From positions 832,001 to 896,000 of the forward strand of contig OZ245033.1 in the NCBI GenBank assembly GCA_965224025.1: a stretch of 64,000 nt of DNA, read 5' to 3'. The notes under the pieces were generated by a model. That model was not told the origin of the DNA, did no database searches, and saw only the letters and a program-made list of their open reading frames with translations. How positions within the stretch are numbered: the stretch's first letter is position 1; every line of letters starts with the position of its first letter. This document shows positions 10,994 to 18,782 of the stretch, one piece after another. A program made the translations under genes and the position numbers. The stretch comes from Candidatus Multivorans sp. GTDB taxonomy: Bacteria; Acidobacteriota; Thermoanaerobaculia; Multivoradales; Multivoraceae.

Positions 10994-11022
10994 TTGACTA
11001 CTGTGTCGCTTAGCGCTACATT
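10994..11022 (+). promoter_or_regulatory. Sigma70 promoter with overlapping imperfect palindrome; likely leaderless TA mRNA
   Basis: TTGACT-17-TACATT, palindrome TGTCGC...GCTACA, and a GTG start 6 nt after the -10. Confidence 0.7.
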
Positions 11023-11028
11023 CTTCCA

Positions 11029-11283
11029 GTGAAGGAGATCGTCTACAGCCGTAGCGCCGTGAGGGTCCTGACCCGTATGCCCCGCAACCACGCCATGCGC
11101 CTACGCCGCAAGATCCGGGCTTTCGTCGAAGAACCCGCCTCCCAAGCGAACAACGTGTCCCGACTGCGGGGCTCCGGTGGACTACTCCGGCTTCGCGTTG
11201 GCGACTGGCGGGCCATCATGCGCGACGGTGACCGGCTTGAGATCCTTCACGTCGCGAGCCGCGGCAGTGTCTACAAGGAGTGA
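11029..11283 (+). CDS. RelE/ParE-family toxin
   Basis: IVYSRSAVRVL...LRLRVGDWRAI...SRGSVYK. Confidence 0.88.
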   Translation: MKEIVYSRSAVRVLTRMPRNHAMRLRRKIRAFVEEPASQANNVSRLRGSGGLLRLRVGDWRAIMRDGDRLEILHVASRGSVYKE

Positions 11284-11286
11284 CGC

Positions 11287-11634
11287 ATGACTGACACCGT
11301 GACGATCCCGAAGGCCGAGTACCAGCGCCTTTGCACCGTGGAGGAGGATCTGGCCGACATCCAGGCCGCCCTTGTTGTTCAGGAGAGAATCGACGCTGGG
11401 TCCGAGGAGTTCGTTCCGGAGGCGGTCGTCGGCCGGCTGATCGACGGCGAGCCGCCTCTGCGGGTCTGGCGCGAACACCGCGGCCTCTCGCAGGCCGCCC
11501 TGGCCCGCGCCGCCGACACAAGCCGCGTCCAGATCGTAGACATCGAAGCCGGTCGCCGAACCGGCTCTGTTTACACGCTTCGGCGACTTGCCGACGCTCT
11601 CCGCATTACCCTGGACGACATCGTTCCGGGTTGA
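11287..11634 (+). CDS. XRE-HTH antitoxin (toxin-first, HigBA-like order)
   Basis: PLRVWREHRGLSQAALARAA...IEAGRRTGS; starts 3 nt after the toxin. Confidence 0.88.
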   Translation: MTDTVTIPKAEYQRLCTVEEDLADIQAALVVQERIDAGSEEFVPEAVVGRLIDGEPPLRVWREHRGLSQAALARAADTSRVQIVDIEAGRRTGSVYTLRRLADALRITLDDIVPG

Positions 11635-11672
11635 AGCCGCGGCTCGACGTGGAGGAGTAGATAGAACGTCGC

Positions 11673-11830
11673 TCAGCGCGAGCCGGCTTCGCGGACCTGG
11701 CCGCGGAGCTGGTCGAAGTAAGCGGCGTCGGCTTTGCCGGTCCCCGGCGACGCGGCTCCCGCCGAGAGTTGGTCGCGTAAGCGCTGGCGGTCGCAGTCCC
11801 TCCGGGTTACTTCGCGGACGTGGACCGTGG
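11673..11830 (-). pseudogene. ParD/CopG-type antitoxin C-terminal remnant
   Basis: VREVTRRDCDRQRLRDQLSAGAAS...ADAAYFDQLR matches ParD-family tails. The RHH N-terminus is missing. Confidence 0.6.
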
Positions 11831-11869
11831 CGTCCATCGCGGCTTCCGGATGGATGTACCGCCTCACAT

Positions 11870-12331
11870 TCACGGAGCCGCGATGACGTGGCCAATCATC
11901 GTCGAGCCCTCGAACACCGCCTTGTCGGCGACGTTTCTCTCGTCGACAAAGAAGAAGTCGAAGGTCTCGTCTCGGTCGACGTCACCGTGGAGCATCACGA
12001 TGAACTGGGTGCCGGGCGCCGGCTCGGGGGCCGTCTGGACATCGATCGTCACGCTCTCGTGGGTGCCCGCGGGCAGGTACTTCGCGCCGACATAGATCTC
12101 GCCCTGAGGCTCACCGCCCTCGAAGGGGTGGAGCACCAGCCAACCCGGCTCCGCGAGAGTCACTTCACGGAACGTGAAGGTGCGGCCCTGGCGGGTCATG
12201 TCATCCACGACGATCGAGTTCTTCTCCCCGTTGCCGATCATCATTTCCTGGCTCGACGCCGAAGGCGGTACGGCGAACGCGAGAAGCGCGAGGCAGACCA
12301 GGCTGCGGCTGGCAGTGGGGAGGAAGTTCAT
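11870..12331 (-). CDS. Exported small beta-rich protein (DUF7282-like)
   Basis: Signal peptide; VTLAEPGWLVLH, VGAKYLPAGTHESVTI, VMLHGD. Confidence 0.65.
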   Translation of the reverse strand: MNFLPTASRSLVCLALLAFAVPPSASSQEMMIGNGEKNSIVVDDMTRQGRTFTFREVTLAEPGWLVLHPFEGGEPQGEIYVGAKYLPAGTHESVTIDVQTAPEPAPGTQFIVMLHGDVDRDETFDFFFVDERNVADKAVFEGSTMIGHVIAAP

Positions 12332-12479
12332 GGTCGAGTACCCCTCGAAGCGGGAAGGCGGAATGTTGAGAACGCGCGGCAAGCTACCACGCTGCCCGGT
12401 GCCGGTCGGCCAGCCTCCGGGTTGCCGGCGAAGCTCAGATGGTCGGTTAGTGTCGCCGGCTTCGGGGCACTGCTCCGCT

Positions 12480-12731
12480 TTGGCGATCGACAAGCTGGAG
12501 GGCCTGGCGAGCGACCACTACACGTACAGAGTCACCTGGTCAGCCGAAGTCGAGGAGCACTTGGGCCTCTGCGTCGAGTTCCCGTCGCTCAGTTGGCTGG
12601 CACCGACGCCCGACGAGGCGTTGGCCGGCATCCGTGAGCTGGTTGCCAGCGGCGTGGAAGACATGCGAGCGAGCGGCGAGGAACCGCCGCTGTCGTTGGA
12701 GGACAGGGTCTATGCCCGCGAAAGCTCATAA
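12480..12731 (+). pseudogene. HicB-family antitoxin N-domain, preceded by the last residues of a lost toxin
   Basis: DHYTYRVTWS...GLCVEFPSLSWLAPTPDEALAGIRELV. The C-terminal RHH is absent. Upstream AIDKLE resembles HicA-like toxin tails. Confidence 0.7.
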
Positions 12732-12939
12732 GGCCAGGGTGATCAGTTCGAAGGTGGACGAAGCCGCCTGGAACGAGCTTCGCGACCTGGCAAGGGAGAC
12801 CAAGCGGAGCGTTTCGGCAGTGCTCTCCGAGGCGGTCGAGGAATACCTGGCGCGGCGCCGGGTACAGCCGGACGTGCTCCGGCATCTGGAGGACTCGATG
12901 CGCGAGAATGATGAGTTGGGGAAGCTCCTGGCGCAGTAG
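12712..12939 (+). CDS. Ribbon-helix-helix antitoxin-like protein (orphan copy)
   Basis: GGAGG RBS; ISSKVDEAAWNELRDLA...SAVLSEAVEEYL; paralog at 49716. Confidence 0.75.
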   Translation: MPAKAHKARVISSKVDEAAWNELRDLARETKRSVSAVLSEAVEEYLARRRVQPDVLRHLEDSMRENDELGKLLAQ

Positions 12940-12963
12940 CGTCTTCCTCGGCCGAGTTGCACC

Positions 12964-13875
12964 ATGCCTAGCCGTTCCATGGCAGCGTCTCTCCTTCGCC
13001 GCCGATCCCGTTCTCTTGGAACCGCCGTTCTCGCGGTCGTGCTACTGAGTGCGTTCTCGGTGCTCGCGGCGTCTCCGGCCGATGCCTGCACCTGCATGGG
13101 GTTGGATCATTGGGGCTTTCTGGCGCCGGAGAACGGACGTTTGCCTGCAAACGCGGTTGGCGTCGCATGGCACAGGCCCGTCCGGTCGAAGTCCATCTCA
13201 TTGGTCCTGGCGCAGGTCTCGGTGGAGATGCAACAGGACGATGCCTTCCACCAAGTGCCGGCGACGGCTGAGGCAGTTCCTGGCTTCCCCGGCGTATTCG
13301 CCATCGGGCCGCGGGACGGGTTCAGAGTCGGCATGACCTACAGGTTCACGGATCACGGCGAGCGCAGAGGCAAGGTGCCTCGGCAGGTGCTGGTGACGAT
13401 CGACGGTGCCAGACTGGAAGCCACGACACCGTTGTCTCTGAGAATCTGGCCGCTCTACTCGGAGATGATCAGTGTGTTGACCACGGGAGGCTCCTGCAGC
13501 ACCGCGCTATGGGTCGCTCAGGCTCTCACCGAAGTCACGCTGCCGGAGGTTGCCAGCGAATGGAGGGACCAACTCCTGTACCGGACGCTGGTCGACGGTG
13601 AAGTCTGGCGCGGCTCGGTTTCCCTGTGCGTTCACTATCTTCCTGGACGAACCTGGAGGAAGGTCGGCGAAGACCTCGTCTTCGCCGCCTGCCCCAAGCC
13701 GTCCGGTCGTGGCCAGACTGAAACAGGGATCGCCTATAGCGAGGACGGGGGCCACCGGGGGCTCAGTGCAGCCCAACACGCCGTCAAGGTGCAAGCGTTC
13801 CTACCGGGAACCGATGTCGTGCTTGAGACGGAGACGCTCACGGTGGACCTGAGCTGCCCAGGTCATCTGGAATGA
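12964..13875 (+). CDS. Exported cysteine-containing hypothetical protein
   Basis: Signal peptide ending ADA, then CTC; 303-aa ORF; no family recognised. Confidence 0.65.
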   Translation: MPSRSMAASLLRRRSRSLGTAVLAVVLLSAFSVLAASPADACTCMGLDHWGFLAPENGRLPANAVGVAWHRPVRSKSISLVLAQVSVEMQQDDAFHQVPATAEAVPGFPGVFAIGPRDGFRVGMTYRFTDHGERRGKVPRQVLVTIDGARLEATTPLSLRIWPLYSEMISVLTTGGSCSTALWVAQALTEVTLPEVASEWRDQLLYRTLVDGEVWRGSVSLCVHYLPGRTWRKVGEDLVFAACPKPSGRGQTETGIAYSEDGGHRGLSAAQHAVKVQAFLPGTDVVLETETLTVDLSCPGHLE

Positions 13876-13949
13876 AGCGAACGTCCGTGACACGGCGTCA
13901 CCGACCGCTTTGCTAGCTGACTCTGTTGGAACCGCTGTTCGCTGACGGT

Positions 13950-15359
13950 TCATCCTCCGTCGCTGGTCACCGGCTCCGTTGTCTCCTTCGGCTCCCGCCC
14001 GGAAGGCAGGACCCTTCCCTCCGGGTAGTCGGCGCCGGTGATGCTCTTGTCCACCGACCGGTTCCAGGCATCCAGCTCCGAGCGCATGCGGGCGGCGATC
14101 TCGGGCTGCTGTTCGATGAGGTTCTGCTGTTCCTCGGGATCGTCGATCACGTTGTAGAGCTCGAAGGCCTCGGGTGAGTCGGCGGTGTAGTTCCTGACCA
14201 GCTTGACGTCGTTGTCGAGCCAGGCGAGGCCGCCGCTGGCGCGGAAGCCGATGGGCTGGTCCCTGCGGGCGGGCTCGGAGTCGAAGACGTCGGCGATGGA
14301 GATGCCGTCGTGGACGGCGTTGATCGACGCCGGTTCGAGCTGGGCTACGTCGATAAGGGTCGGGAAGATGTCCATCGTGCTGGCGGGGAAGTTCGTGATT
14401 CTCGGAGCGATGCCGCTTGGCCATTCGATGATCGTCGGCACGCGCAGGCCGCCTTCGTAGAAGTCCTTCTTGAAGCCGCGCAGGTGGCCGGTGGTGTCGG
14501 GGCGCACGCCGAGGTGCTCGGGGCCATAGTCGATGTTGGGCAGGCCGCCGTTGTCGCTGGTGAACCACAACAGGGTGTTGTCGGCGATGCCGAGTTCGCG
14601 CAGGCCCTCGCGGAGGGAGCCGATGGAGCGGTCCATGGCGACGATCTCGGCGTGGTGGGTCCTGGAGCCGTCGTCCAGCTCCGCGAAGGGCTCTTCGTCT
14701 TCCGGGAAGGCGCCGAAGGGCCGGTGCGGGGAGGCGTACCAGATCACCGCGAGCGTGGGTTTGCCGCTTTCCGTCTGCTCCGAGATGTAGCGCAGCGCTT
14801 CGGCGACCAGGACTTCCGACGAGTCGCCCTCGAACTGCTTCGGCACGCCGTTCTCGCTGAGCAACGGGTCCAGGTTGAACTGGTTCGTGTGGCTCAGCCA
14901 GTAGTCGAAGCCGAGTTCGCCGGGGTTGTGGGGATCGTCCGCGGGGAGCGGATTGTCCCCGCTCGGGTGGACCTGGTTCAGGTGCCACTTGCCGAAGTGC
15001 GCCGTCGCATAGCCGGCTTGCCGGAACGCCGCGGCGAGCGTCTTCTCCTGCTTGTTGATCGAGTCGCCGACGCGGAAGGCCCCGGTGCGATCGTTCGTGC
15101 GGCCCGTGATGACCGTTGCCCGGGTCGGTGTGCAACTCGGTGCGCCGGCGTAGAACCGGTCCATGCGCAGGCCGGCGCCGGCCATGGCGTCGAGATGGGG
15201 CGTCTTGAGCAGTGGATGGCCGTAGTAGCCGGTCTGCGCCCAACCCATGTCGTCGGCCATGAGCAGTATGACGTTGGGCGGGTCGTCGCCGGCTTCGGGT
15301 TGGCTGGCGCAGGCCGCGATCAGCAGCACGGGGAAGAATCGGCCGAGGGGTTTCACCAT
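13950..15359 (-). CDS. Sulfatase (arylsulfatase-like lipoprotein)
   Basis: PNVILLMADDMG, CTPTR, GKWHL, FTSDNG. Confidence 0.93.
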   Translation of the reverse strand: MVKPLGRFFPVLLIAACASQPEAGDDPPNVILLMADDMGWAQTGYYGHPLLKTPHLDAMAGAGLRMDRFYAGAPSCTPTRATVITGRTNDRTGAFRVGDSINKQEKTLAAAFRQAGYATAHFGKWHLNQVHPSGDNPLPADDPHNPGELGFDYWLSHTNQFNLDPLLSENGVPKQFEGDSSEVLVAEALRYISEQTESGKPTLAVIWYASPHRPFGAFPEDEEPFAELDDGSRTHHAEIVAMDRSIGSLREGLRELGIADNTLLWFTSDNGGLPNIDYGPEHLGVRPDTTGHLRGFKKDFYEGGLRVPTIIEWPSGIAPRITNFPASTMDIFPTLIDVAQLEPASINAVHDGISIADVFDSEPARRDQPIGFRASGGLAWLDNDVKLVRNYTADSPEAFELYNVIDDPEEQQNLIEQQPEIAARMRSELDAWNRSVDKSITGADYPEGRVLPSGREPKETTEPVTSDGG

Positions 15360-15524
15360 GCGATGGCTCCAGGAGTTGTTCCGCTGTGGGGATAGTTCTC
15401 CGCGCGGAGTCCGTCTATCCTAAGGTCGCACCGGCGCCGGAAAGCCGGGCTGGTCCCGGGTGGCCCCTCGGGGCGTGGGGTTAACCTAGAAGCCGATGTA
15501 ACACTCTCTAGCTGGAGGACGAAA

Positions 15525-16055
15525 ATGCACAAGTACCGAGCAGTAGTTCCGCTGATCTTCACGGCCCTCCTGGTCACGGCCCTTCCCGCTGTGGCGCAGC
15601 GCGGAGACGACTCCGCCAGGGCGAGCAAGAACGGCAAGGTGGAGGGGACGATCGACGGCGTCACGGTGACGCTGGAGTACGGACGCCCCAACGTGAAGGG
15701 CCGGACGGTCTGGGGCGACCTGGTCCCCTACGGCAAGGTCTGGCGTACCGGCGCCGACGAGGCCACCACCATCACCTTCAGCGCCGACGTCGAGATCGGC
15801 GGTGAGACGCTGGCCGCCGGCACCTACAGCCTCTACACCGAGCCGGGCGAGAACGAGTGGACCGTCATCTTCAACAAGGTCGCAGACGAGTGGGGCACCA
15901 GGTATGACGCCGGCCAGGACGCGCTGCGGGTGACCGCCACCCCGAAACCCATCGGGGAGCATGTGGAGGAGATGGAGTTCGTGATCGTGGATTCGTGGGT
16001 CGCGCTGCAGTGGGAGAGGCTCGCGGTGCCGTTCGAGGTGAAGAAGGCCGGCTGA
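15525..16055 (+). CDS. DUF2911 family exported protein
   Basis: GGAGG RBS; YGRPNVKGR, LVPYGKVWRTGADEAT, AGTYSLYT. Confidence 0.9.
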   Translation: MHKYRAVVPLIFTALLVTALPAVAQRGDDSARASKNGKVEGTIDGVTVTLEYGRPNVKGRTVWGDLVPYGKVWRTGADEATTITFSADVEIGGETLAAGTYSLYTEPGENEWTVIFNKVADEWGTRYDAGQDALRVTATPKPIGEHVEEMEFVIVDSWVALQWERLAVPFEVKKAG

Positions 16056-16144
16056 GGAGCGTGCGCCGCAAAACGTAGGGTGCGCCGATCTTTCTGCCGC
16101 GCACGCCCATGACGCGGCGAAACCAGTCGGCGTAGCGGCGGCAG

Positions 16145-16240
16145 TCGGAAGGCGATTCGCCGTACGCCGTCTACGGCGTCGAAGTGCGCGTCGTTGCTGA
16201 GTACCGGAAGGGCGTGTTGGCGGCACAGCGCGTCGATCCA
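16145..16240 (-). pseudogene. VapC (PIN) toxin C-terminal remnant
   Basis: WIDALCRQHALPVLSNDAHFDAVDGVRRIAF followed by CGA, possibly a mutated TGA. Confidence 0.7.
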
Positions 16241-16408
16241 GCCAAACCAGGGACCGCCGTACCGTAGCGGTGTGGTAAAGTCCCAAACTCCTACCAAGCG
16301 AGGAAGGCTGTCTTCCTGGACAGCGAGTACCGCATGGTGGTGTACCCGTGCCACAGCGAGGTTCCCCAGCGGTTCCAACGGTTGGGAGGGATCCTTGGCG
16401 AGGAGGCC

Positions 16409-18601
16409 ATGGTACAAGCGAGTTCCGCCGTCTCTCTGCAGTGGCCGGGATCGGTCCGTTTCGGACCGTTTCGCTTCGACCGCGCCTCCGGCATCCTCTC
16501 TCGCGGCAGCGAGGAGCTCTTTCTGCCGCCGCGAGCACTCAACGTACTTCAGGTTCTCGTGGACCGGTGCGGCGAGGTGGTGTCCAAGGACGAACTGGTC
16601 GAGGTCGTCTGGCACGACGCCGCGGTCACCGACCAGTCTCCCGCCGAAGCGATCGGAGTGGTGCGGGAGGTCCTGGGTGACGACTCCCACCATCCGACGT
16701 ACATCCAGACGGTACATCGACGCGGCTACCGCTTCATCGCCGACGTGGAGCCGGATGCCGAGGAGACCGCTCCCGCCGGGCCCGAGTTGCTCGGTCCTGT
16801 CGACCCGCGCGGGGTGCTCGCCGTCGCCCCGGCCGAGGCGATCCGCCCGAAGCTTCTGACGCCAACGGTCCTCGCGGTCGCCGTAGCGGTGCTGCTCGCC
16901 GCTGGGGTCGGGTTCTCCGTCTGGACTTCCCGTGGTGTCGACGGGCCGCGGGCGCCGGTGCTCCACCTGCCGGTCCCGCTTCCCTATCCGGTCCTGCCCG
17001 CCACCCCGACCAGCGTGGCGCTCTCTCCCGATGGCACCCGCCTGGTTTACCGGGCCGCTCTCGACGGCGGCGACGGTCTCTTCGTTCTCCACCTCGACCG
17101 CTTGGACCAACGTCCACTCGAGGGCACAGAGGGCGGCTTTGGCCCATTCTTCTCCCCCGACGGCCAGTCGGTCGGCTACTTCAACGAAGAGGGCCACCTG
17201 CTGAAGATCTTCCTGAGCGGCGGGCCGCCCGTGGAGGTGGCCAGAGCCACCGAGGGTCCGGTGAGCGGCGCCAGTTGGGCGGACGACGGTACGATCGTGT
17301 TCGCCAAGGGCCCACGTTCGAAGCTTTGGCGCGTCTCGGCAGAGGGTGGCCGACCGACGCTGTTGGCGGCTCCGGACCCCAGCACCGGCGAGAACGGTTA
17401 CCTCTGGCCGGAGGTTCTTCCCGGCAGCGAATGGGTCCTGTTCACGGTCGAGCCGGTGGGCATCGCCGGAGTCGAAGACTTCAGACTGGCGAGCCTGTCA
17501 CTACAGACCGGAGAGCTGCGTCGCCTGGAGGTGGGAGGCGGCATGCAGCCTCGCCGGTTGGGAAGACGGCAACTGGTCTTCGCCCGCCGCGCCTCGCTCT
17601 TCGCCGCGCCGTTCGACCCGGACGGACCCGAGGTGACCGGTCCGGCCGTGCCCATCGTGCAGAACGTGATGACGCTCAATCGGGGCGCCGGCCAGTTCGC
17701 GGTGAGCGTGGCCGGAGTCCTGGCGTACGTGCCGGGGGACGCCCTCGCCAGCACCCTGCATTGGGTCGGCGGAGATAGCGAGGAGGAGGTGCCGGTGCTG
17801 CAGGGCAGGCTCGGGCGCCACCGGCTCTCGCCGGACCACCGCTTCCTGGCACTGGAGATCGACGGGGACATCTGGATTTCCGACCTCCAGCGGGATGCCC
17901 TGACGCGCTTCACCACCGACGAGGCGGGCGAGTTGCTGCCGCTGTGGGCGAGCGACGGTGCCAGCCTGGTCTTCTCGTCCAACCGTGAGGGGCCCCTCAA
18001 CCTCTTCATCAAGCCCGTCGACGGAACGGGCACGGAGGCCGTACTGCTCCGCAGCGCCTACCCCAAACTGGCCGATTCCTGGTCCTCGGACGGCCGCTGG
18101 CTCGCCTACACCGAGATTCACCCGGATACCGGGCGCGACCTGTGGCTGCTGCCGATGCCGGAGGCCGGAGAGGCGCGGCCGCTGCTGCGGACCGGCTTCG
18201 ACGAGTCGCAGGCGAGCTTCTCTCCGGACGGGACCTGGGTCGCCTTCGTCTCCAACGAGCCCGGCACCTTCGAGGTGTTCGTGCAGCCGTTCCCCCAGCC
18301 GGGTCCGCGCTATCAGGTCTCCACCGGGGGCGGCAGCTCCCCACAGTGGTCGCCGTCGGGAGACGAGCTGTTCTTCGCCGTCGGCGAGACCCTGATGGCG
18401 GTCACGATCGAGTCGGCGTCGCCGTTTCGGGTGGGGGCGCCGCGCCGCGTCCTCGACATCCCCAACAGCAACTCCTTCTTCGCCGTGGGCCCGGAAGGCC
18501 GGCGCCTGCTGGTGGGCAAGCGGCAGCAGTCGGTCCGGCCGGACAGGCTGCACCTGGTCACCAACGGCGCCTCCCTGGTTCCTGCCTCGACGCGGGAGTG
18601 A
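16409..18601 (+). CDS. CadC/ToxR-like one-component regulator: OmpR-type wHTH, single TM helix, periplasmic PD40/TolB-like beta-propeller
   Basis: RFGPFRFD, GEVVSKDELVEVVW, YIQTVHRRGYRF; hydrophobic VLAVAVAVLLAAGVGF; repeated SPDG/WSSDG blades. Start uncertain. Confidence 0.9.
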   Translation: MVQASSAVSLQWPGSVRFGPFRFDRASGILSRGSEELFLPPRALNVLQVLVDRCGEVVSKDELVEVVWHDAAVTDQSPAEAIGVVREVLGDDSHHPTYIQTVHRRGYRFIADVEPDAEETAPAGPELLGPVDPRGVLAVAPAEAIRPKLLTPTVLAVAVAVLLAAGVGFSVWTSRGVDGPRAPVLHLPVPLPYPVLPATPTSVALSPDGTRLVYRAALDGGDGLFVLHLDRLDQRPLEGTEGGFGPFFSPDGQSVGYFNEEGHLLKIFLSGGPPVEVARATEGPVSGASWADDGTIVFAKGPRSKLWRVSAEGGRPTLLAAPDPSTGENGYLWPEVLPGSEWVLFTVEPVGIAGVEDFRLASLSLQTGELRRLEVGGGMQPRRLGRRQLVFARRASLFAAPFDPDGPEVTGPAVPIVQNVMTLNRGAGQFAVSVAGVLAYVPGDALASTLHWVGGDSEEEVPVLQGRLGRHRLSPDHRFLALEIDGDIWISDLQRDALTRFTTDEAGELLPLWASDGASLVFSSNREGPLNLFIKPVDGTGTEAVLLRSAYPKLADSWSSDGRWLAYTEIHPDTGRDLWLLPMPEAGEARPLLRTGFDESQASFSPDGTWVAFVSNEPGTFEVFVQPFPQPGPRYQVSTGGGSSPQWSPSGDELFFAVGETLMAVTIESASPFRVGAPRRVLDIPNSNSFFAVGPEGRRLLVGKRQQSVRPDRLHLVTNGASLVPASTRE

Positions 18602-18615
18602 CCGGCCCTTCCGGC

Positions 18616-18693
18616 GCTTAGGAACTCCTTAGCGCAAGTTTCCAGTCTTCTTCGAGCCGACTTTGAGACTGGTGCCCGGGCGCTGCATAGCGT
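18616..18693 (+). promoter_or_regulatory. TBDR promoter with five 11-bp-phased repeats abutting the -35
   Basis: TT cores at 18618, 18629, 18640, 18651 and 18662; GAGACT-17-TAGCGT. Confidence 0.7.
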
Positions 18694-18782
18694 ACTGGCG
18701 GGAAAACAGAAGATCCCGACAACTCCAGGGTCATCGTGCCCGCCAGTTCAGCCGCGGTGGCTCCGGTCAAGGAGGAGGCACC

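Noticed and set aside
13877-13943. attC-like site (GCGAAC...GTTCGC) after the orphan gene
   Set aside because: The interior does not form the long imperfect hairpin, and there is no integrase or second site.
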